DNA from: a virus
Lineage: Duplodnaviria > Caudoviricetes
Length of the DNA stretch: 64,000 bases
Direction: 5' to 3' (one strand)
Virus record (IMG/VR): IMGVR_UViG_3300030098_006079
Made by a program: the position numbers and the translations under genes. Below the pieces are notes generated by a model. The model had not been told where the DNA came from. It saw nothing but the letters and a program-made list of their open reading frames with translations, and searched no databases. Each line of letters begins with the position of its first letter. Position 1 is the first letter of the stretch. Shown here in pieces: positions 57,075 to 64,000 of this stretch.

Positions 57075-57150
57075 GCACGTCGACCGAGCAAGTGAACGGA
57101 GTGGTCTGCAAAACCATCTATGCAGGGGGCGGTACCCTGGGCGTGCTCCA
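57075..57150 (+). tRNA. tRNA-Cys(GCA), non-canonical D- and T-loops
   Basis: Acceptor gcacgtc/ggcgtgc, U73, CCA; anticodon arm gtggt-CTGCAAA-accat; T-stem caggg/ccctg with loop GGCGGTA; TTGCAA-16-TATAAT promoter just upstream. Confidence 0.8.
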
Positions 57151-57169
57151 ATTTCTTATAAATACTTAC

Positions 57170-57397
57170 ATGGCTGATCGTGATGAAAAGAACAAAGAGA
57201 ATGTAGAAGGTAAGTATTATGTAGATGAGCAGTGTATTGACTGTGATTTATGTAGAGAGGAGGCTCCGAATAATTTTACTAGAGAAGATAATGAAGGTTA
57301 TTCCTATGTATATAAGCAGCCAGAGAATGATCTAGAGGAAGAGATGTGTCAGAGTGCATTAGACAATTGTCCCGTTGAAGCTATAGGTAATGACTGA
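57170..57397 (+). CDS. Single-cluster ferredoxin (75 aa)
   Basis: GKYYVDEQCIDCDLCREEAP...CPVEAIG; late promoter at 57157. Confidence 0.9.
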   Translation: MADRDEKNKENVEGKYYVDEQCIDCDLCREEAPNNFTREDNEGYSYVYKQPENDLEEEMCQSALDNCPVEAIGND

Positions 57398-57572
57398 GAT
57401 ATTAAATTGTGAAGAAGAAGATTGTCCTAAGGATTTTTATGAGCTAGAGAGCTGTGGAGAGACCCATTTAAAGACATGTATGAATTGTTTTAAGCGTGTA
57501 ATGTTAGTAGCTACAAAAGACATGGCGAATGCTTTGATAGAAGAAGGAGAAAGGTGTGCATTAGACCAATGA
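57390..57572 (+). CDS. Small Cys-containing protein
   Basis: CxxxxC...C...CxxC pattern; overlaps the ferredoxin stop. Confidence 0.45.
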   Translation: MTEILNCEEEDCPKDFYELESCGETHLKTCMNCFKRVMLVATKDMANALIEEGERCALDQ

Positions 57573-57677
57573 AGCCTCCTAGTCCAGATAAGCCAGTAAG
57601 TCCATTTGTTATATTAATAGCATTACCAATAGCGTTAATATGTACGTTATTTATGTATTTGAGTAATTTAAAATTTT

Positions 57678-57911
57678 ATGGTACGAGTGTTAAAAGAGAC
57701 GAGTAAGTTACTTACTATAATGATAGTTATAGTATTCTTTTCTATCTTATTATCTGAAGAGCCAATAGAGGCTAGAGCTAATAAGATAGTAGAAGATAAG
57801 TTAAGTTTACATAACACCCTTACGAGAGAAGAGAGAGATGAATACATGTTATATTTGCGTAGCTTAAACGCAGAGACAAAGGATTCAATCTATAGTATAG
57901 AGTTACCGTGA
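57678..57911 (+). CDS. Small membrane protein
   Basis: One TM segment. Confidence 0.45.
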   Translation: MVRVLKETSKLLTIMIVIVFFSILLSEEPIEARANKIVEDKLSLHNTLTREERDEYMLYLRSLNAETKDSIYSIELP

Positions 57912-58025
57912 ACTTATTCGTACAATTAGCTATTAATAGGTGGAGGTTTAGGAAAAAAAATTGGAGATTGTATATTAGTTATTATTATCGTTGGATTAAG
58001 AATCGACGAACGATTAAATATTTAC

Positions 58026-58529
58026 GTGACCTTCGAAGAAAAGATTCTCAAAGAGTCGAAGAGTAAAGAAGCCAAGCTCTTAAGAGCAGCTAAGAAAGCT
58101 GCAAAAGAACCCGATACAGGAGTTAAGATACTCAAAAAGTCCGCTTATTACGTTATTCGTGATTGCGCCAAGATTGCGGAACTTTATTTACCTCACTTAA
58201 TATATTCACAGATTAAGAACCCCATACAGATGTTAGAGGGTGTGTTTACTAGGTCAGAGGTTTCAGGATTTGTATCCAGAGCCAAGAAGGATTTAGTTAC
58301 TAATCAATTATTAAATCTAATAGTATTAGATATAAAGAAGCAAAATTTACTAGAGTCTGCCACTACTGCTCCTCCACAGATTCTAGAGTTCGAAGATGTA
58401 GATGAAGATGATATATATGGTGACTACGACTCTGAGACGGTATCGGGTGATATCGAAACTGATGTTGTAGTTGAAGTTGAAAAAGATACACTACAATTAT
58501 TGCTCGATGCCTTCAAAGTCACTCAATAA
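58026..58529 (+). CDS. Hypothetical protein with acidic tail
   Basis: GTG start after TAAATA. Confidence 0.55.
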   Translation: MTFEEKILKESKSKEAKLLRAAKKAAKEPDTGVKILKKSAYYVIRDCAKIAELYLPHLIYSQIKNPIQMLEGVFTRSEVSGFVSRAKKDLVTNQLLNLIVLDIKKQNLLESATTAPPQILEFEDVDEDDIYGDYDSETVSGDIETDVVVEVEKDTLQLLLDAFKVTQ

Positions 58530-59014
58530 GTACGATTACAAATGTCATTATATGACCTTAGCAAACATGCTAATATATCACGGTTCAGAACTATGCCGCG
58601 CTGAAGGGCCGGAAGCTGTCCGGAAGTTAAACGAGCAAGCTATTGCGCGGGCTAGGGAGTTTATAAATAAGTTAGAGCCGCCTAAATCTCCGCCGGATTT
58701 ATCAAATGTCAAAGAATACAGATCAGCCTAAAATATGTAAAAACCCCTATTGCTTTGACGATACTTGTCGAGGTGAATGTCTAGAATGTGTACCTGTAAC
58801 AAGAACTGAGACATGTTTATCCGAAGACGGAGAATTCACACAATACATAGAGCATAGTCCTCTCCGGTCTAAGTACTTCTATGAAACGACTATTGGTGCA
58901 AGCTAGAGAAAAAGCTTGACTGTTTCTCATAAATAGCTATAATGATTGAAGTTATGGCAGTCAAAATGCGAATAATGGTTAATCGGAACAAATTCGAGAT
59001 TAAAGTGAGAAACT

Positions 59015-59131
59015 ATGAAAAATCTAAAACCAAGAGTTTTAATAAAATTCAACACCGGGACACGGGTTCACAATCCGCGAAAGGGTAAAGGATCATATAA
59101 AAGAAAGGAAAAATATGGCAGCAAAAACTAG
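59015..59131 (+). CDS. ArfA-like micro-protein (38 aa, not in track)
   Basis: MKNLKPRVLIKFNTGTRVHNPRKGKGSYKRKEKYGSKN contains RVxxxxKGKGSYxRKxK. Confidence 0.6.
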   Translation: MKNLKPRVLIKFNTGTRVHNPRKGKGSYKRKEKYGSKN

Positions 59132-59225
59132 ACGCACGACAGTCAGAGAAACCACACGAAAAGGTATCAAGACTCGTAAGACAGTGACTATCACTAAACA
59201 GCGTGTATCCCGAAAGAAAAAGTAG
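59115..59225 (+). CDS. Small Arg/Lys/Thr-rich protein (36 aa, not in track)
   Basis: MAAKTRRTTVRETTRKGIKTRKTVTITKQRVSRKKK, overlapping the previous ORF end. Confidence 0.45.
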   Translation: MAAKTRRTTVRETTRKGIKTRKTVTITKQRVSRKKK

Positions 59226-59263
59226 TTGATTAAAAATCTTAGACAGTCTATAATAAACGAGTT

Positions 59264-60289
59264 ATGAGAATAAACGATAAAAACGTAGCCCTCCAAGACA
59301 TTAACGAACACTCAGCAATTGCAGTAGAAGGTGTTCATCAGATTTCGAGCAAAGATGAGCTTTATACAAAGGCTGGTCTAGATTTCGAAGTAGAGCAGGT
59401 CAATCTCGGTGAAGCAACCGGTGATGATAACTTTGATAGGTTTTACGGGCTACGTAATAATAAGACTGGTCAAGTCTATGCAGTTACAGGTCGTAAGTAT
59501 GCACCAATTCAGAATCATGAATTGATTGATGCATTTGATGAAGTTCGCAAAATGTATGGCGCAGATTATAAAGCTGCCGGAGTTATGCGAGGAGGTAGTC
59601 GAATTTGGGTTCAAGCTGAGCTTCCAAAGGACTATACGTTTGAGATCCCTAATCGTAAGGGTGATAAGATCAATTCAATGCTCACTATGTTGATTGGTCA
59701 AGATGGTATTGTGTCTAATTGTATCTTCCCGACGTCGATGCGAGGTGCATGTAATAATCAGTTTGTAGCTATGACTAAAGAGTCTACTCGTGATTATCGA
59801 ATCCAGCATTTTTCAAATTGGGGTAAACGCTTGGATACTGTTAAGGCAATCTTCGCTAAGAATATTGACAGCTTGAAGAACATGTATACCGATTTCGCGA
59901 AACTTGATAGTAGGGCGATTTCAAAAGAAGAGTTATATAACTTTCTTGGTCATTTATACCCGATGCGTGATACTGAAGATGAGAAGACTACTCGAGTGCA
60001 TAACGATGTTGCAGCTCTCTTTTCACGCGGTGCTGGTAATCTTGGTAAGTCGCGATGGGATGCGTTTAACGCGGTGACTGAGTATGTTGATCATCATCAG
60101 CATGCAACTCGGATGGCTAATGCGATTGAGAATAAGAATCATGAATACATCCAGAACCGGATTGGTAGTTTGAATACTCCAGGTGGTCAGATGGATCGCT
60201 TCAAGCGTAAAGCGTTAAACCTGCTAACTGGTACTGTAATGTTCGATAAGCCAGTTGTAAAAGAGCCTGAAATCGTGCTAGTAGGTTAA
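59264..60289 (+). CDS. DUF932 / phage-plasmid LGT (TIGR03299-like) protein
   Basis: AGLDFEV, YAPIQNHE, GGSRIWVQAELP, RGACNNQ, WDAFNAVTEYVDH. Confidence 0.85.
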   Translation: MRINDKNVALQDINEHSAIAVEGVHQISSKDELYTKAGLDFEVEQVNLGEATGDDNFDRFYGLRNNKTGQVYAVTGRKYAPIQNHELIDAFDEVRKMYGADYKAAGVMRGGSRIWVQAELPKDYTFEIPNRKGDKINSMLTMLIGQDGIVSNCIFPTSMRGACNNQFVAMTKESTRDYRIQHFSNWGKRLDTVKAIFAKNIDSLKNMYTDFAKLDSRAISKEELYNFLGHLYPMRDTEDEKTTRVHNDVAALFSRGAGNLGKSRWDAFNAVTEYVDHHQHATRMANAIENKNHEYIQNRIGSLNTPGGQMDRFKRKALNLLTGTVMFDKPVVKEPEIVLVG

Positions 60290-60312
60290 TTTCTCCTCAT
60301 CCAACAACAACA

Positions 60313-60345
60313 TAGAGAACCCATGGGAAACCATGGGTTTTTCTA
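60313..60345 (+). terminator. Intrinsic terminator
   Basis: aacccatgg-gaaa-ccatgggtt plus T run. Confidence 0.8.
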
Positions 60346-60426
60346 TCACCAAATCTTATATTCCTTGTATGAACAAATAGGAGAGAACCGTTCGGATAAG
60401 CTGTCTTTTTATGTTCCTTCGTGTGA

Positions 60427-60939
60427 TTGACTCGACTAAATAATTATATGCTATCGATACAATTGCATGCAAAACAAACCGTGAAAAAATGGTTGCGTGA
60501 TAATGAAATCGATATTCGTATCATCCAAAAATGTACAAACATAATTCTCAATCAAATTCGGCGACACAACAAGTGGGTCTTTCCTGAGATTGAGATTAAG
60601 AGATATAAGAACGCAAACAGCAGTGGATATTATTTTGGTTTCGACGAGCTTTACTTGACTGGAAATCTAGATCAGAATGGTTGGAGTAAAGAGAAGAGGT
60701 TTGATACATTTGTAAGTCATTATCTTCATGAGCTTAGACATTGGATACAGGATAACATGCTGGGGGTATCTGAAGAGAAGTTGAACTACACAGATGAAGA
60801 TGTTGATAAAGAGAGACCTACATACTGTCAAAATAAATGGGAAGTAGATGCTCGACGATTCGAAAGACGATATAAGAAAGAATTCATTCAACTGTATCAC
60901 ATTCTAGAGAAGTTATCCGAGAAAAAAGATTTGCGTTAA
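60427..60939 (+). CDS. Zincin-like metallopeptidase
   Basis: HELRHWIQ (HExxH) and downstream WEVDAR. Confidence 0.65.
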   Translation: MTRLNNYMLSIQLHAKQTVKKWLRDNEIDIRIIQKCTNIILNQIRRHNKWVFPEIEIKRYKNANSSGYYFGFDELYLTGNLDQNGWSKEKRFDTFVSHYLHELRHWIQDNMLGVSEEKLNYTDEDVDKERPTYCQNKWEVDARRFERRYKKEFIQLYHILEKLSEKKDLR

Positions 60940-60985
60940 TTTCAATTATACTATTGCTCTAATTTTTATAAGGGTAAATAATATT

Positions 60986-61336
60986 ATGAGATTCAATCAA
61001 CAAGTACTTTTAAAGCATGAGCATGGAATTACTGCTCAATGGATGGCGTCAGATTATTCTAACATGGCGATTGCAACCTATCAACAAGAAAAAGGGACAG
61101 GGACAGATATTGATGGTAACCAAGTAGTGACGAATAAATGGGTGATGGTAAATTGCTCTGGACCTTGGACAGGTTTAAGTGAGGATGGAAAGTCGTTAAT
61201 TATTAATGAGATGTTTGAGGCAGAGAGAAAAAATATTTCGGGGGAAGCGACTGTTATTCTTACCTGTCTTAATGCTACGTTAGGTGGAGAAAAAGCTCTA
61301 GATGGTTTTTGGCAGGCCCAAAAGATAGGTTTTTAA
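60986..61336 (+). CDS. Hypothetical protein
   Basis: GTAAATA upstream; 116 aa. Confidence 0.55.
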   Translation: MRFNQQVLLKHEHGITAQWMASDYSNMAIATYQQEKGTGTDIDGNQVVTNKWVMVNCSGPWTGLSEDGKSLIINEMFEAERKNISGEATVILTCLNATLGGEKALDGFWQAQKIGF

Positions 61337-61373
61337 ACTTGACGTTTTCTCTCGCTTTCCTATTATATTGAAT

Positions 61374-61625
61374 ATGGATTGCATTTGTGGTAATACTATC
61401 GAACCTGCAAGGGTTGAATTCGGTTTTAAGATCTGTAAGTCATGTGCCTTTAATGGGCGAGGTCCTTCTCGTAAGAAAGGTATTATGGTATTTGGTCATA
61501 AGACTGGCGGTGATTGTCAGATTGTGAGTCAAGAGAACTTCGCTGATTATCGCCGCCTCAACCCTTATGGTAAGTTATCCGGTCGTGGTTCTGGCGTGCA
61601 TGTTGTATCACCTAAAGCTAAATAA
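61374..61625 (+). CDS. Zinc-finger early protein, probably leaderless mRNA
   Basis: CICG...CKSC; TTGACG-..-TATTAT ends 7 nt before the ATG. Confidence 0.6.
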   Translation: MDCICGNTIEPARVEFGFKICKSCAFNGRGPSRKKGIMVFGHKTGGDCQIVSQENFADYRRLNPYGKLSGRGSGVHVVSPKAK

Positions 61626-61629
61626 TTAT

Positions 61630-61842
61630 ATGAACCCATCAGAATTCGAAAGAACAAAACCAAGAGAAACTTACGCAGCATTAGATAGTATGATTAGTAA
61701 GTATCGACGTATTGTAAATGAGCACACCTATAACGGTCAATCGTTAATTATGGAAGGTACAGATAGTGCTCAATTACATTTAGCTCAACAAGTTGTCGCA
61801 GAGTTAGAAAATGTTAAAGCGTTGTTTGTTTCTGGTAGATGA
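61630..61842 (+). CDS. Hypothetical protein
   Basis: ATG after TAAATA. Confidence 0.5.
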   Translation: MNPSEFERTKPRETYAALDSMISKYRRIVNEHTYNGQSLIMEGTDSAQLHLAQQVVAELENVKALFVSGR

Positions 61843-61936
61843 GAAATATATATGTTTATATGACCCTAGGTTTAATTAGCTGGGGAGTTATATTTGTTTT
61901 TGTATATGCTTTTATATGGCTTCTTAGACAATATCT

Positions 61937-64000
61937 CTAGTCGATAATTATATTTTCTAATTCATCATAATAAGGAGTAATTTTTTTCAATTCTAAAGTT
62001 ACTCTTTCTTTTATTTTCTCTTTTAACTTATTATCTTCAATACCTGTGTTTTTTATCTCGACTCGATACTTATTACTAATCTTTTCAGGATAATTAAACT
62101 TAGTTAATTTATCAATTGTCTCTACATATGTGCGTTGGCCAATTGGGTAAGACCATATAACATTTTTCTCAGGGTAGTGATATTTTAAATGCGCTTGTAT
62201 GTCATAGTATGACATAGTTTTATTATATAATTTAAACCCTTTTATCTTCGCGTTATTGATAAAGTATTTTGTTGGTTGTAACAGTCTATTAGCTAATGTG
62301 AGATAGAATGGAGTACTTACAGCTCCTAAGTAAGAACCAGTACCTAAAATATTATCATGCACATATTTTCCTGCTCGGAATATTTGACGACCAGCTTTAC
62401 GACCATTGACAAATAATTCCATATACCCATGACGTACAGATACATTAACAAAGAAATGATTATAACCTGGTGTTAAATCTTTTACGTCAAATGACAATGT
62501 AGTCTTATCTCTTGGTATAACACCACTAGAAGAAAACTTAGGTTTCGTCTTAAGGAATATTTTAAATCTATTTTTTTCTGCGCCTGTCTTTTTCAAATAA
62601 GAATAAGACGTAACTGATTTTGTTAATTTTAAATCTAATAAATCTTCTCCATGGAACTTCTTCGAAGATATAATTTTTAAATTGTTGTTTAATTTTGTTA
62701 ATCTAAAACCGTCGTTAAATTCTTGTATTAATAGAATGTATTTTTTATACACCCCTTCTTCAAAGTCACAAATAATATCTATATATGATGTATGTATTTT
62801 AATAGCATTATCTAAATTACAAAACTGTCTAGTGCGAATTAATTTACGATCAGTATCTAGTATTGATATAATATTGTTATCATGTAGCACTATTAATTGT
62901 TCTATATCATCTACAAGCACACCGTTAATAACCGAATCTTTATCTAAGCCCGAAATTACTTTTTCATTTTGATCACTACGTAAGCCTTTCTGTAAGTAGT
63001 TTTTAATAATAGATTTATTGTTAGGAAAATCTTGTTTAATTATATATGGGGTGTTGTTTTTATCTAATGCTATTTCATTACCGAACCCATTATAATCATC
63101 AACCTCATATACTGTTATCTCATTATTAACGTCTAATATTTTACCTTTTATACCTTTTGTCTCTGATGATAAGACGGTAGTAAAGTTAGTATTTTTTGGT
63201 CTTACAACATTATTTTTAAAGTTATAAGTAAATCGTCTTTTCTGATGCGCAGGATTGAATAAAACATGAACAGCTTCTTCACCAACCTCCAAGTCTTCTA
63301 TTATTGCGTTAGAATCTTTTAAATCTTCAATCTTACTTATTAAGTTATTATTTGAATTATAAACGTATATAATATTGTTTGCACCTAACACATAAAACTC
63401 AGAGAAGTTATCTTTACGTGCAATGCCTTTGATCGTAACTGGTTCGTTACCTTCTAACACTAACACTTCATCATAAACTTCAAAATCATTATTTAAAAAT
63501 AACAATCTATTTAAGTGACCAGTGAGTGGGTTTGCTGTTGGTAAAATTATATTTGGTGTTACTAAATCAGTATTAAATATACCAAACCCTTCTTCGAAAT
63601 AATTACCAAATATTTGATACCCTAAAGGCTGAGTATAATCATTATTGTGAAGCCAAAAACCAACACTAAAGTCTCCTGTTACATCGGTTTTTAATCTACC
63701 GAAATTCTCTCCATTTAAAATTAACTCATCATCATTGTTAACTTTATTAACAGTAATAGGTACGCCTTTGAAATTTATATATTCAATATCTTTACCTATA
63801 TTATATTTTGAATACGCAATAAATAAATTTTCATAGTCTTGATGACCTACATGATAATAAATATAATCATTATTAGGTTCGAATGTTAAGCTTGACGACA
63901 CATCAAATGTTTCTGTAGTTTGAGCACCTGCACCTGTTACTACTTTATAATATGATGTACCGGTCAACGCAGTTACAAAATTTGAAACAAGAGGATTATA
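61937..64000 (-). CDS. Virion structural protein with LamG/ConA-like segments (5'-truncated)
   Basis: Frame open to the window edge; FSVGFW, NHFFVNVSVRHGYMELFVNG, IKGFKLYNKTM patterns. Confidence 0.6.
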   Translation of the reverse strand, partial: YNPLVSNFVTALTGTSYYKVVTGAGAQTTETFDVSSSLTFEPNNDYIYYHVGHQDYENLFIAYSKYNIGKDIEYINFKGVPITVNKVNNDDELILNGENFGRLKTDVTGDFSVGFWLHNNDYTQPLGYQIFGNYFEEGFGIFNTDLVTPNIILPTANPLTGHLNRLLFLNNDFEVYDEVLVLEGNEPVTIKGIARKDNFSEFYVLGANNIIYVYNSNNNLISKIEDLKDSNAIIEDLEVGEEAVHVLFNPAHQKRRFTYNFKNNVVRPKNTNFTTVLSSETKGIKGKILDVNNEITVYEVDDYNGFGNEIALDKNNTPYIIKQDFPNNKSIIKNYLQKGLRSDQNEKVISGLDKDSVINGVLVDDIEQLIVLHDNNIISILDTDRKLIRTRQFCNLDNAIKIHTSYIDIICDFEEGVYKKYILLIQEFNDGFRLTKLNNNLKIISSKKFHGEDLLDLKLTKSVTSYSYLKKTGAEKNRFKIFLKTKPKFSSSGVIPRDKTTLSFDVKDLTPGYNHFFVNVSVRHGYMELFVNGRKAGRQIFRAGKYVHDNILGTGSYLGAVSTPFYLTLANRLLQPTKYFINNAKIKGFKLYNKTMSYYDIQAHLKYHYPEKNVIWSYPIGQRTYVETIDKLTKFNYPEKISNKYRVEIKNTGIEDNKLKEKIKERVTLELKKITPYYDELENIIID

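Noticed and set aside
57092-57169. N-terminal extension of the ferredoxin in the ORF track
   Set aside because: It overlaps the tRNA-Cys; a late promoter and ATG at 57170 define the real start.
1-64000. Stop-codon reassignment or alternative genetic code
   Set aside because: Standard code gives dense, full-length genes (purT, thyX, 11 kb fibre); no suppressor tRNA seen.
1-64000. Eukaryotic giant virus or cellular chromosome origin
   Set aside because: Sigma70 and T4-late promoters, intrinsic terminators, overlapping stop/start codons, CCA-encoding tRNAs, tail-fibre genes and many small orphan ORFs indicate a bacteriophage.

Overview
AT-rich, densely coding 64 kb segment of a large tailed dsDNA phage. 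T4-type late promoter boxes (TATAAATA) and sigma70-type early promoters indicate a T4-like lineage. Several host-like genes (H-X9-DG prepilin, GspC-like protein, short ferredoxin, LPTGDG-type cyclase) suggest a Verrucomicrobiota/PVC host; this is inferred from recalled family patterns, not from a database search. Layout: 1-20 kb three very large Cys-rich tail-fibre-like genes; 20-24 kb glycosyltransferase/sulfotransferase genes; 24-47 kb auxiliary genes (purT, thyX, dCMP deaminase, RadA-like ATPase, pyrimidine-dimer glycosylase, PiT-like transporter, tRNA-Leu and tRNA-Thr, pilins, ankyrin-cyclase, heptose kinase, HMA protein); 47-62 kb small early genes behind a conserved promoter family, an atypical tRNA-Cys and an ArfA-like micro-gene; then a 5'-truncated minus-strand virion gene. 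The standout observation is 55287-56249: 963 nt of the + strand contain a single cytosine. This stretch covers a promoter, a leader, two intact acidic ORFs and their spacer, and is bounded by a terminator and by hairpins. It is a transcription unit written in a three-letter (A/G/T) alphabet. No CRISPR array, integrase, transposase or reverse transcriptase was seen. All calls are by-eye motif recognition and need HMM or structure confirmation.
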